Shown here one piece after another: positions 19,036 to 28,950 of a DNA stretch of 64,000 nt. The notes under the pieces are model-generated. The model worked only from the letters and a program-made list of their open reading frames with translations. It ran no database searches and was not told where the DNA came from. Origin of the DNA: Candidatus Micrarchaeia archaeon (lineage in GTDB: Archaea; Micrarchaeota; Micrarchaeia; CAILAH01). Location of the stretch: the NCBI GenBank assembly GCA_038874595.1, contig JAVZCB010000005.1:1-64000 (forward strand), read 5' to 3'. Numbering within the stretch: the stretch's first letter is position 1; every line of letters starts with the position of its first letter. Both the position numbers and the translations under genes were made by a program.

Positions 19036-20097
19036 ATGTATAAAATCAAGGAAAACCCGGAAGATTTTGTGGTTGATGAAATACTAAGCGATGGCACGTT
19101 TGTTTCTGAAAGCTATAAAAAAGATGGAGAAGGTAACGGTGCGTTTGTATGGGTCGGGGTAAAGAAGGTAAACTGGAACACAATTGACCTGGCAAGGGAG
19201 ATTGCAAAAAGAATGGGTGTAAGCGAGAAAAGGGTAAACTATGGAGGGATAAAGGATAGGGTGGCTGTTGCATACCAGGTATTTTCAATAAATACACGGG
19301 AAAATTGCGAAGCAGCTAAGGAAACCATAAACCGCATAAAAGATGTTAAGGTTATTGGATGCTGGAGAAGCAACAGGTGGATTAAGAATGAGGATTTTGT
19401 GGGGAACAGGTTTGAGATAACACTAAGGGAATGCGATACCGATTTTGGCAAAATAAAGAGAATTGATAAGTTCCCAAACTATTTTGGCGAGCAGAGGTTT
19501 GGCAGCATACGCCAAAACTCGCACGTTGTAGGGTTATACCTGCTCAAAGGAGATTATGATAGTGCGCTTAAAGAATACTTCTCTGGTGAGTTGGATATGA
19601 AAGAGAAGGAGATGTATGAGAAATCAAAAAGATATGGGGCAGAAAAATTCATCAAGACTTATTGGAGAGTTTTTAACCTGTGCCTGAGCGCGTTCCAGTC
19701 GCGTTTGTTTAACGAGGAAGTTGAGATGAGAATCCGTGACGGCAGGACAGGCGTGCTTAAAGGTGAGTACGCCTGCGGCAGGAACAAATTAGGGTTTGCG
19801 GATGTAGGTGTAGAGGGAAATGAATTTACTGTTGTGCAACTCGTTGGTGGTAAATGTATCGTAAATGAATACAAAAGCTCGCTGCTTCAAAAGTACAAGC
19901 TGGAAACTGAGGATTTCGAAAAAGCCGGCCTCAAGGGCGGGTGGAGAACGCTGTATGCGCCTATACTGTGGGAAGGAATAGAAAACATTTGTGAGGAGAA
20001 AAAAGGCAATACGGTTCGCTTAAAGTTTATGCTGCAAAAGGGGTCATATGCCACTGTTGCAATCAGATCGGTTATGGGGGATGAAATTTCCATTTAA
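19036..20097 (+). CDS. truD: tRNA pseudouridine(13) synthase TruD
   Basis: PEDFVVDE, GIKDRVAVAYQ, GNRFEI, FPNYFGEQRFG, KGSYAT. Confidence 0.93.
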   Translation: MYKIKENPEDFVVDEILSDGTFVSESYKKDGEGNGAFVWVGVKKVNWNTIDLAREIAKRMGVSEKRVNYGGIKDRVAVAYQVFSINTRENCEAAKETINRIKDVKVIGCWRSNRWIKNEDFVGNRFEITLRECDTDFGKIKRIDKFPNYFGEQRFGSIRQNSHVVGLYLLKGDYDSALKEYFSGELDMKEKEMYEKSKRYGAEKFIKTYWRVFNLCLSAFQSRLFNEEVEMRIRDGRTGVLKGEYACGRNKLGFADVGVEGNEFTVVQLVGGKCIVNEYKSSLLQKYKLETEDFEKAGLKGGWRTLYAPILWEGIENICEEKKGNTVRLKFMLQKGSYATVAIRSVMGDEISI

Positions 20098-20138
20098 AAA
20101 TATTTATCCCCTTACTTCTGCTAATAAGAGGTGTTGTT

Positions 20139-20519
20139 ATGCCGAAAAAAACTCAAAAGGGAAAGGATACTGAAACTGCAAATGAAAAGGACAGCTACAT
20201 ACTGGGTGCGCTTGCATACCTGCTTGGGTTCCTGGCCATACTGCTGTATTTCATAAAGAAAGAGGACAGGTTTGTCAGGTTCCACTCAGTACAATCCTTG
20301 GTGTTCTGTGTTGTGTGGTTTGTGGTGTTTGTGGTCCTGAGCATAATACTTACAGTTGTGTCAGTGGTTACTGCAGGTGTGGGCTCAATCCTCTCGCTGT
20401 GCATGTTCCCGCTTGTTCTTGTCGTGGTTGCTGTGGCGTTATACGCGGCTTGGAAAGCGTTCCAGGGTGAGATGTGGCACATGCCTGTCATTGGGGACTT
20501 TGCTGAGAAATATGCATAA
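20139..20519 (+). CDS. DUF4870-like membrane protein
   Basis: GALAYL...KKEDRFVRFHSVQS...KAFQGEMWHMPVIG. Confidence 0.8.
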   Translation: MPKKTQKGKDTETANEKDSYILGALAYLLGFLAILLYFIKKEDRFVRFHSVQSLVFCVVWFVVFVVLSIILTVVSVVTAGVGSILSLCMFPLVLVVVAVALYAAWKAFQGEMWHMPVIGDFAEKYA

Positions 20520-20537
20520 TTTCTTTCTTTTTAATAC

Positions 20538-20915
20538 CTATTTTTTCTTTGTAAAATCATAACCGCATTCAGTACAGAATTTTGCCGCTGGGTCATTTGA
20601 CATATGGCATTCAGGACATACCCTAAACCGCGGTACTGCCTCCCCGCCAGCAGTTGCACTTGCCTTTACAGATATCTCCTCTTTATCCCGGTCAAAAGCA
20701 GCCCAGTATATTATTTGGGCAAGGCCGAGCACGCTTATCATTATTATAACATTAGTTGCAAGCGACATCAGCCCACCGCATGAGAAAGGGCCAGTATCCT
20801 CACAGTTTGGGTCTAACTGCCCAACAAGCGCTGGGATATACATATAGAATAATATAAAAAGTGCCACTCCTAGGAAGAGATTCAAAAGACCATAAAACAG
20901 CATCTGCCGGCCCAT
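20538..20915 (-). CDS. Two-TM membrane protein with C-terminal zinc ribbon
   Basis: Two hydrophobic segments; CPECHMSNDPAAKFCTECG. Confidence 0.8.
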   Translation of the reverse strand: MGRQMLFYGLLNLFLGVALFILFYMYIPALVGQLDPNCEDTGPFSCGGLMSLATNVIIMISVLGLAQIIYWAAFDRDKEEISVKASATAGGEAVPRFRVCPECHMSNDPAAKFCTECGYDFTKKK

Positions 20916-21029
20916 AAGCTAAAATATGCGCAAATAAATAAAAGCATAAAATATAGAGAAGAGATAACACCAAATCCAATGACAACCAAAACTAAAAGAG
21001 CAAATCAAAAAACAAAAAATATAGTTTGC

Positions 21030-21470
21030 TTATTTCTTTGCAGTCAAGAGGTATATCGCACCGCCTATAAACCCAAGTATGAGGTTAGTTATAAGCGAAA
21101 TGAAGAACATCATCGCAACACCAATTATGCCTCCTGCTGCTGTAATACCTATTCCCATAACATCCTGTTGTGTGCCTATAGCCGTGCCAATGTTAAACAA
21201 TGCAAGAAGCATCAACACGACAGTGCCGACGATTGCTGCCGTAAATGCATAAACTGCATTCTGCACTGCCAAGCCGCCCCAGTCACCGGCACGAATCTTA
21301 CCTATGCTGCCAACTAGGTACCCACCAATTATAACCAGTAGTGGTGCAAGGAAGCAGTTACATACTGTAACCATTACCCCCAGGAAAGGAATCAGGCTAA
21401 GAATGCCAGGTATAACGCCCACCAATATCCCGAGCGCAACCCCTAATATTATTGAAGTGATAAAACCCAT
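21030..21470 (-). CDS. Gly-rich 4-TM membrane protein
   Basis: 146 aa, almost entirely hydrophobic; GAGGTG SD upstream. Confidence 0.7.
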   Translation of the reverse strand: MGFITSIILGVALGILVGVIPGILSLIPFLGVMVTVCNCFLAPLLVIIGGYLVGSIGKIRAGDWGGLAVQNAVYAFTAAIVGTVVLMLLALFNIGTAIGTQQDVMGIGITAAGGIIGVAMMFFISLITNLILGFIGGAIYLLTAKK

Positions 21471-21505
21471 ATCTACACCTCTTAAAGTATTTGGGGCGCA
21501 TCTTT

Positions 21506-22216
21506 TTAATCATTCCTGCAACAATCCCAAAAGGCATTTACAAAAATGAACATGCAATAAGATAGAAACACAAATGCAATAGGGGATACAAACACGAGCC
21601 CTATAGCTGATAACAGTGCCGTAACGGAAGATAACACAAGAAGGAGCACAATTATATAGAACATACCTTTAATTGCATTTCTACTTATGAAACGGAATGC
21701 GTTCTTGAGTGCATTTAGTGGTGTTGCTCCGGCCTTAACCATATACACCGGGGAGAATAGCATTACCACAAAAATAAACATCGCCACTGTTGAGGCTGCA
21801 ATAGCAACCACTCCCGGTCCTGAACCTGCTGATTGTCCCGCTGCACTGTATGAAAACAGGAAATAAACAACAAGAAAGAAAAATGCAAGCACAAGTGAAT
21901 CGTAGATAACTCTATAAAAATCCCTCACTTGCACATTAAGCAGCTCATGGTAAAATAATATGATAAGGATTGATATTGGCAGAAAAACTGAGTATGAGAA
22001 CGCGCTGAAATCCGGAAATAGCACCAGTGCACCTGCATATAAAAACGCAACGATAAGGGTAAGCACGGTATATTTTAGCAAAAGCACTGTGTTTGGTGCA
22101 ATCCCATCATACCCTTTCTTGAAAGAGATGAAAACCTTTTCTGTGCCTTCAGAAAATTCAGATTTCACTTTTGTAAAAAACCCTTCCTTATTGCCCTTGC
22201 CTGCCATCCATATCAC
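21506..22216 (-). CDS. Multi-pass membrane protein
   Basis: About 6 hydrophobic segments; directly downstream of mre11. Confidence 0.7.
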   Translation of the reverse strand: MIWMAGKGNKEGFFTKVKSEFSEGTEKVFISFKKGYDGIAPNTVLLLKYTVLTLIVAFLYAGALVLFPDFSAFSYSVFLPISILIILFYHELLNVQVRDFYRVIYDSLVLAFFFLVVYFLFSYSAAGQSAGSGPGVVAIAASTVAMFIFVVMLFSPVYMVKAGATPLNALKNAFRFISRNAIKGMFYIIVLLLVLSSVTALLSAIGLVFVSPIAFVFLSYCMFIFVNAFWDCCRND

Positions 22217-23331
22217 TTTGCGTTATTATTAGCAGATGCATTAATAAAATACTGCATAAGTGACCTGTCATCTGCTTCGCACATCATTTCAAATGCCTCC
22301 TCAATATTGCTAATTGCAATACCGCGCCGTGCCGCTGCCTCTTTCAATATGGTGATTCCCCGCTCGCGTATGGAGGTATTTGACGCAGTAATCTGTTGAA
22401 TATCTCCGAAATGCATTTCCACAGGTTCAGATTCTCTGGATATGTTTACAAAAAGATGACACTTATCAGAGTATTGGTCGCGCAATGCACTTATCTCAGG
22501 TTGCACAAAAGATGCTATGCTCCCTGTTATGTCAATGCGGACGATTGGATGGCTTGTTAGGTCAAGCTGGGCAAGCTTCTCTGCAATTGCCTGTTTTAAT
22601 GAAATTCCCTCTTTTGCTTCCACTGTAAGATAAATGAAAGGGCGGGTCTGGATTGTTATGTATGTATATCTGCGGGTATTCGTATCATATATGTAAAAGC
22701 CTTTTTCCCTTTCTTCACGGCGAACCTGTGTCAGCACCGTGCTTCCTGGGATTAAAAGCAGCTTCCCCGCCTTCTCAAGTGAGTAATTCTTATGTAAATG
22801 GCCATCAACGTAAAGCTCAAACCCTGGAGGCAGGTCATCCATCGTAAGGCCACTCTCGACCTGTGGCATCAGCTCCTTGAGATTTTGGTGGAACATGAAT
22901 ATGTTGAATGCGCCTTCAACTGGCTTAGGCGCAAGGCGCTCCAGTGCAGCCTTTGCATATTCCTCGGGGACGCCCGCCATACCATACACTGCAACCTTTT
23001 CACCATCCTTCTCAAAAATAACGTGACGCCCGTGGCAGCTTTCTGCAAGCCCTGCTTTTGTAAGTATGTCAACAGGGTTTGCAAACCCGTGCGGCCTGCG
23101 CTCGTGCGTCCCGTGTATCACGATTGCTTTCTTGTGCAGTTTCCTGAATACTTCGATTGCGCGGGCGATTACCTCCTGCTTTGGCGTGCGCGAGTCAAAC
23201 AGGTCTCCTGCAACAATGAGCAGGTCTGCCTCATCCTGCGCCTTAAGCAATGCCTGCTCAGCCTGGATAAAGCTATCATCATAGAAACGGTCATAGCCAA
23301 AATGGAAATCCCCTAAAATTGCAACCTTCAC
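22213..23331 (-). CDS. mre11: Mre11/SbcD-family DNA repair nuclease
   Basis: GDFHFG, AGDLFD, IHGTHE, MFHQ and DGHLH phosphoesterase motifs; probable GTG start at 23331. Confidence 0.88.
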   Translation of the reverse strand: MKVAILGDFHFGYDRFYDDSFIQAEQALLKAQDEADLLIVAGDLFDSRTPKQEVIARAIEVFRKLHKKAIVIHGTHERRPHGFANPVDILTKAGLAESCHGRHVIFEKDGEKVAVYGMAGVPEEYAKAALERLAPKPVEGAFNIFMFHQNLKELMPQVESGLTMDDLPPGFELYVDGHLHKNYSLEKAGKLLLIPGSTVLTQVRREEREKGFYIYDTNTRRYTYITIQTRPFIYLTVEAKEGISLKQAIAEKLAQLDLTSHPIVRIDITGSIASFVQPEISALRDQYSDKCHLFVNISRESEPVEMHFGDIQQITASNTSIRERGITILKEAAARRGIAISNIEEAFEMMCEADDRSLMQYFINASANNNAK

Positions 23332-23428
23332 GTAATGATTAGGGAAATTGCATATAAAACGATTGCTGTACAACTGCCAGCGTTTTGCTTAAAAATATTC
23401 CGTGCAAAGTTAGTTTGAGTGGAGCATT

Positions 23429-23671
23429 ATGTCAAAACAGGAGCATATGAATTACCTAATGGGAATTGGCATCTCCGATGTAGATGCTGATACTGTATAT
23501 GACTGCATTGCCACACGTGAGGTGTGCACGTGGACAAGTGTAGATGCTGTGCCTGATGATACAGAGCAGAAGGTAAATGAATACCTCAAGCCGTATGGCC
23601 TGGAAGTAAAGATTATCCCTGTGGGTGTAAGCGGCAGGTATATTTGGGAAGTCAAGAAAACACGGGCTTAA
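23429..23671 (+). CDS. Small hypothetical protein
   Basis: 80-aa ATG ORF with GGAG upstream. Confidence 0.6.
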   Translation: MSKQEHMNYLMGIGISDVDADTVYDCIATREVCTWTSVDAVPDDTEQKVNEYLKPYGLEVKIIPVGVSGRYIWEVKKTRA

Positions 23672-23728
23672 CAACCAAAACGGGTATTAACTGAGTTAAA
23701 TGCGGTTTTTAATTTAACGCGGCTATTT

Positions 23729-24274
23729 ATGGGTATGTACGTTTACGAGCCATCAGATGACTCATACCTCCTTGCAGAGGCGCTAAAAGGAATTAGGTGC
23801 AGGAGATTCCTGGATATGGGATGCGGCACTGGATTGCAGGCCATGTCTATAGGGAGTGCGGATGAGATTGTGTGCGCAGATATAAACAAGGATGCTGTTG
23901 ATTACGCAAGGGAAAATGTAAAAAGAAAGGATATCACAAAGATTGAGTTTGTAGTGAGTGATTTGTTTGAGAATATCGTAGGAAGGTTTGATGTTATTGC
24001 ATTCAACACACCTTATCTTGATGAGGGTGAGCCGCGCGATTTTGCGTGGACACATATGCAGAACGGAAAGGATGTGATAGAGAGATTCATCACTGAGAGC
24101 AAAGAACATCTTGAAAAGGACGGGCAGGTTTTTATAGTCATTTCAGATAGGGACTATGACCATTACAAAAAAATTGCTGAAGAAAACGGCTATGCCTGGG
24201 AGAAGATACGTGAGAAAGCCCTTTTCTTTGAAAAGATATTTGTAATACGCCTGAGTATAAAACAGCAGTGGTGA
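23729..24274 (+). CDS. HemK2/PrmC-like methyltransferase
   Basis: YEPSDDSYLL, LDMGCGTG, FNTPY (NPPY variant). Confidence 0.88.
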   Translation: MGMYVYEPSDDSYLLAEALKGIRCRRFLDMGCGTGLQAMSIGSADEIVCADINKDAVDYARENVKRKDITKIEFVVSDLFENIVGRFDVIAFNTPYLDEGEPRDFAWTHMQNGKDVIERFITESKEHLEKDGQVFIVISDRDYDHYKKIAEENGYAWEKIREKALFFEKIFVIRLSIKQQW

Positions 24275-24278
24275 TATT

Positions 24279-24980
24279 ATGCGCATTGTGCTTGTTGAGC
24301 CCCTCTATGACATAAACGTTGGGAAGATATGCAGGGCAATGAAGAATTTTGGGTTCAAAGAGCTTTATATAGTAAACCCGCAGGCGCGGCTCGGGCATGA
24401 GGCTGAGAAGTATGCAAAGCACGCTTCAGATATCCTACGGAATGCAAGGGTAATGAGCACATTTGAGAACGCCGTTAAGGGATGCTACCCCGTGATAGGG
24501 ACTACTGCTTCATTTGAGAAGGGAAGCCGAGAGCTTGTACGGCTTGAACCGCTCGGAAGCATTGCTATGATGGGCGGGCTGAAGCATGCAGCAATCGTGT
24601 TCGGAAGAGAGGATATCGGGCTCAGCAGGGAACTCCTGCTAAAGTGTGACCTGGCGGTTTATATTGAGACAAGCGCAAACTACGAATCGCTCAATTTATC
24701 AAATGCTGTGGCAATAGTGCTTTACATGCTTCGGCAGGATAAAAGAGTGATGGATGCGCCATTACTCCCAGACAGGAAAGTAATGAGAAAATTGATTGAA
24801 TACGCTGGCTTGCTTGTTGACAGTGTTGAGGGGGAGTTAAAAAATGGGGAAAAGTGCAAACGCGCTTTAAAGAACATATTCGTGCGCAGCAAGCCCTCAG
24901 ATGAGGAGGTCAGGTCTGTGATTTGCGTGCTTAGACGTATACTTAAGAAAGCCCGAAATAAAAAAACAGATACGTGCTAA
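24279..24980 (+). CDS. trmJ: TrmJ-like SPOUT tRNA methyltransferase
   Basis: IVLVEP...NVGKICRAMKNFG, VFGREDIGL, SLNLSNAV. Confidence 0.88.
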   Translation: MRIVLVEPLYDINVGKICRAMKNFGFKELYIVNPQARLGHEAEKYAKHASDILRNARVMSTFENAVKGCYPVIGTTASFEKGSRELVRLEPLGSIAMMGGLKHAAIVFGREDIGLSRELLLKCDLAVYIETSANYESLNLSNAVAIVLYMLRQDKRVMDAPLLPDRKVMRKLIEYAGLLVDSVEGELKNGEKCKRALKNIFVRSKPSDEEVRSVICVLRRILKKARNKKTDTC

Positions 24981-25011
24981 GCCCGATGAAATAAGAATTA
25001 AAATGGCAATA

Positions 25012-26205
25012 TTATTCTTTATTCTCATCATCAACGTGGTAAAACTTCCTTTGTGGAAGTGCGCGCATGCAAGCCCTGAACTGCTCAAGCAGCTCTTCAT
25101 CTACAATTTCTTTTTCCTTCCCGTCAATTATTGCCTGTTTCTTTGCAATGTATTCCTCTGAAGGGTATGGGGAGCTATACCATAAGCGGGCGTAATGTGC
25201 CGTATCCTCTGGCATCTTTGACGGGACTGAATTAAGCGCACCGAGCTCCGCGCCTGCAATGTCGTTTGGAAGTGCATTCTTGCGCGGGTAGATGTGCACG
25301 TGCATCCTGTAATACTTGCTTGGGTGCACCGAGCTGTTCCTCAACTCACAGATAGGGGCATTATGAAATACCATATTGAAATTCATTACATACCTGTAAA
25401 AATAAAGGAATGGGAATATGCCCCACGCAGGCTGTATTACAGAAATGCGGTCGTCCCGTACCTCAAGCTCAACAACAGATGATACTGGCTTCTTTGATAT
25501 TATGATTATCTCGTCCGAGAATCTTGGAGCAAAAGGTGCACCTATATACACATCACTGTTTGAGAAAATCTTTCTTGAGCCATCCTGCTCTTCGTGTGCA
25601 ACATACTGGTCATAAAGGTTGTTTCCTGTCAAAAAATAGTATTTCCTCGCAAGCTCAATCTCGTGCTTTATTTGTGAATATGGATGAATATAATCGAGTA
25701 TTGTAAACTGCGAATGTGGGTGCTGGCGGGATGCGCCGGCAAACGGCCCCCAATTTGTGAAAAACAAGTATGATTCAGCGCCCACACTGTATGCATAGTT
25801 TGCAAGGTCCCACATTGCCTCCATCATTGAGGTAAGGTCTTTTTGCTCGAGCTCTGATGGAAAAAGCCGATGCAATACTGGAGAGTCATCGTGATTCTTC
25901 CTGAAAGGAGGATAGATTGTGACGAACTGGCCTATGCTCCAAGGGAAATAGTTTGGCACGCTTACCGCACCACCCTCGTGGTGCTTTCTTGGCTCTGGTG
26001 TATTGAGGTATGGATTGCAGAAATCGCAATTCTTCTCATACTGCACAAGCGTGCGCAAGGTATACATCCTTCGTTTTGCACGCTCTTCTGAAATATACGC
26101 TGCAAAATCTGTTAAGGGGTCTATACGAAGAAACACCTTGGCAATCTTTTCGGCGCCGTTAAGATAGAGCTTCTGCTCGAGCACGCGCTCCTTAAGCTCC
26201 ATCAT
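25012..26205 (-). CDS. GalT-like (HIT superfamily) nucleotidyltransferase
   Basis: RIDPLT...SEERAKR, CDFC, VPNYFP, NWGPFAGASRQHPHSQ (HxHxQ). Confidence 0.8.
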   Translation of the reverse strand: MMELKERVLEQKLYLNGAEKIAKVFLRIDPLTDFAAYISEERAKRRMYTLRTLVQYEKNCDFCNPYLNTPEPRKHHEGGAVSVPNYFPWSIGQFVTIYPPFRKNHDDSPVLHRLFPSELEQKDLTSMMEAMWDLANYAYSVGAESYLFFTNWGPFAGASRQHPHSQFTILDYIHPYSQIKHEIELARKYYFLTGNNLYDQYVAHEEQDGSRKIFSNSDVYIGAPFAPRFSDEIIIISKKPVSSVVELEVRDDRISVIQPAWGIFPFLYFYRYVMNFNMVFHNAPICELRNSSVHPSKYYRMHVHIYPRKNALPNDIAGAELGALNSVPSKMPEDTAHYARLWYSSPYPSEEYIAKKQAIIDGKEKEIVDEELLEQFRACMRALPQRKFYHVDDENKE

Positions 26206-26238
26206 ATCCCCACGTAAATTAAAATAAGAAAATAAGGA

Positions 26239-26604
26239 TTATCTCCTTCTCTTAACAATCTTCATCTTTGAAGGAGTAAGAAGTATCTTCTCGTTGTCAA
26301 TCCTTGCAATATCACCACGGATTTCCTTTGCATACTCCTTAAGCTTATCGATAACTGCTGTGAGCACCTTTTCATTCTTGAGCATTGGCGTGATGTTCAA
26401 GAGAATGACATTCCCGTTGTTCAGCTCGGTCTTTATTTCTGCAAGCACAGCGGTATTCTCAAGCGCAACCGGCTTAACGTATGCGACCGCTTCTTCCTCC
26501 TCGGTAGCAAGGTTCTCAAGGTCTTCAGAATCAAGATATTCCTGTAGATTCATGTCCTTTCCGCCCAGTCCGAGTGCGTCAGTAAACTTCTGCAGTATAC
26601 CCAT
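26239..26604 (-). CDS. sepF: Cell division protein SepF (archaeal type)
   Basis: ELNNGNVILLNI...GDIARIDNEKILLTPS; N-terminal amphipathic helix; AGGTGG SD before 26604. Confidence 0.85.
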   Translation of the reverse strand: MGILQKFTDALGLGGKDMNLQEYLDSEDLENLATEEEEAVAYVKPVALENTAVLAEIKTELNNGNVILLNITPMLKNEKVLTAVIDKLKEYAKEIRGDIARIDNEKILLTPSKMKIVKRRR

Positions 26605-26833
26605 TGTACCACCTGTCAACTATTTCTACAATAAATATTATAAATATGAATTAAACCTCACTTCATAAAAATAAATGAACCTGATTGCATGCAATACGCG
26701 TGCTTGTTTTTTATGATGGGAGATTCTATATAAGCCTAGTTGTAGTTCTACTATTTTATGAATGAGAAAGAAATAGTGGAATTAAGTATTTAAAATATCG
26801 TGCGCTTAATCTGCTGCTTGTTTTGAGTGTGGT

Positions 26834-28018
26834 ATGATGCTGACATTTGAGGAGCTGATGGAAAGGAGCGGTGTGTTTAAGGATATGAATATGCTTTCAC
26901 CGCATTACATCCCAGATGTCCTGCCTCACAGGGAAGAAGAAATTGAAACCATAATGAAAACCGTTGCGCCTGCTCTTAAGAATACAAAACCAAAAAACAT
27001 GTTCCTCTATGGCAAGACAGGTACCGGCAAAACTTGCTCAACCCGCCTAGTGATGGAAAAGTTCAATGCAATGAATAAGAATGCCATCATGAGATATATG
27101 AACTGCAGGATTTATGATTCAAGGTACAAAATCATATTCAAGATAGTTAATGATGTATGCAAAGAAGATGCAAAAATGGGGTACCCTCTCTCAAAGCTTT
27201 ACGAATCAATGCTGGAATGGGTTGAGCAGAACAACACGCACACCATAATTGTGCTTGATGAGATTGATATGGTTGATGATGTCGACGACCTGGTGTACAC
27301 CATGACAAGGATAAATGATGAGCTTGAGCGCGGTAGTGTCTCAATAATAGGCATTTCAAACCGCTTACATTTCAAAGAAAAACTCGACCCGCGCAGCAAG
27401 AGCGCATTGTACGAGAAGGAAATCGTGTTCAGGCCTTACAATGCAACACAGCTGTACGAGATACTCAAGCAGCGGGCGGAAGGTGCCTTCATAAAGGAAG
27501 GTGTTGAAGACGCCGCTATAAGGCTCGCAGCCGCAGTTGCTGCACGAGAAACTGGCGATGCGAGATATGCTGTAAAGCTCCTGCACAAGGCCGGTGTAAT
27601 AGCAAATGAAAATGGGGATTTGAAAGTTACTGAAAAGCACGTGGAAAATGCAAGAAAGAGCGTCGATGAGGATCTGGTTGTTGAGGCAATCACCACCCTG
27701 CCACAGCACGAGCAGATTGCGCTGTATGGGATATCTTTATTGCAATTAAAAGGCAGCGCATATAAGAGGCTCGGTGAGGACGGCCAGGACATATTCATGT
27801 CCGGAGAGGTATATGAAAGTTATGTAAAAGCGTGCAAAAGCCTTTCCGTAACCCCAAGAAGTGCGCGATGGTTCTCTGAATACTTAAATGATTTGGATAT
27901 GCTTGGGCTGATTGCACTGACATCTTCAGGAAAGGGGACGCGTGGGCAAACGCGGTTTATTAAGCTGGCGTATGACCCTGCAAGGATAAAGGCCATTGTT
28001 GAGAAAATATTCAGCTGA
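26834..28018 (+). CDS. cdc6: Orc1/Cdc6 replication initiator
   Basis: LPHREEEI, Walker A YGKTGTGKT, VLDEID, GDARYA; winged-helix end LDMLGLI...GTRGQT. Confidence 0.96.
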   Translation: MMLTFEELMERSGVFKDMNMLSPHYIPDVLPHREEEIETIMKTVAPALKNTKPKNMFLYGKTGTGKTCSTRLVMEKFNAMNKNAIMRYMNCRIYDSRYKIIFKIVNDVCKEDAKMGYPLSKLYESMLEWVEQNNTHTIIVLDEIDMVDDVDDLVYTMTRINDELERGSVSIIGISNRLHFKEKLDPRSKSALYEKEIVFRPYNATQLYEILKQRAEGAFIKEGVEDAAIRLAAAVAARETGDARYAVKLLHKAGVIANENGDLKVTEKHVENARKSVDEDLVVEAITTLPQHEQIALYGISLLQLKGSAYKRLGEDGQDIFMSGEVYESYVKACKSLSVTPRSARWFSEYLNDLDMLGLIALTSSGKGTRGQTRFIKLAYDPARIKAIVEKIFS

Positions 28019-28117
28019 TTTTTGATGACGTATACTACCCTATTACAAGCAGGCAATGCAAAAACTGAATAGTATCTAAGCACGAACATTTAATTCAAGA
28101 TTTTTTATATGTGTCTG

Positions 28118-28915
28118 CTAGCATTTAATTCCCGAAACAAAAAAGAAAGTTTTCCCTTTTATAAGCCATAATAACTGAGATAACAAATCGCTATTTAGCA
28201 CTGTTTCCGGTGAAATATGCAACACCCTGATGCTGTTTTGTTTGAACATCCCCCTAACTTCTTGAAGCGTATGATAGGACTCATAAGGGACTGCGTAGCG
28301 GTCGTAAACTGTTTGTTGTGATGCGCTCCCTTTAAGGATACAGCGGACAGGAAATGAATTTACAAAACCCATAATACGCTGGGGATTTTTGTTGAATGCG
28401 CTGTGGAGGAGCCATCGTACTGTACGGTAGTGTACCCGGCTATATTTGTTGTATAAACCGAGAATAATTCTACCGTTCGGCTTAAGATGCCTTGAGAGGC
28501 TTGAGACGCCGAGCGATACGTTTGGCGTATGATGAAGCACTCCACTGCATAATACAAAATCGAACTTTTTTCCTAAATTAAAGGTTAATATGTCATCACA
28601 TACAAATTCAATATTGTCACTCACATCATGCTTTTTTGCCAACCTTTTTGCATAAGATAATTGTTTCTCGTTTATGTCAAGTGCAGTAACTCTTGCTCCG
28701 AGTTTTGCAAAATAAACCGCTTTTTCACCAGTACCGCAGCCTGCATCCAGCATTGTTTTTCCTTCCAGCTCAGTTTCATTCCTAAGCCCCCATAACGAAA
28801 CGAACTTGCGCATCAGCTGCTTATGCCTTTTTGAAAAAGGATATATAAGGGGATAGGGATAAGATGAATAGAAAGAATATACCGAGCTGGCTATTTGCGC
28901 ATCCGAATATGATAT
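28118..28915 (-). CDS. Class I SAM-dependent methyltransferase (start uncertain: ATG 28813 or ATA 28915)
   Basis: LDAGCGTG, FDFVLCSGVLHH; frame stays open for 34 codons upstream of the first ATG. Confidence 0.8.
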   Translation of the reverse strand: MSYSDAQIASSVYSFYSSYPYPLIYPFSKRHKQLMRKFVSLWGLRNETELEGKTMLDAGCGTGEKAVYFAKLGARVTALDINEKQLSYAKRLAKKHDVSDNIEFVCDDILTFNLGKKFDFVLCSGVLHHTPNVSLGVSSLSRHLKPNGRIILGLYNKYSRVHYRTVRWLLHSAFNKNPQRIMGFVNSFPVRCILKGSASQQTVYDRYAVPYESYHTLQEVRGMFKQNSIRVLHISPETVLNSDLLSQLLWLIKGKTFFFVSGIKC

Positions 28916-28950
28916 TCAAACCACCTAAAAAATACAAAGAGTACAAAAAA

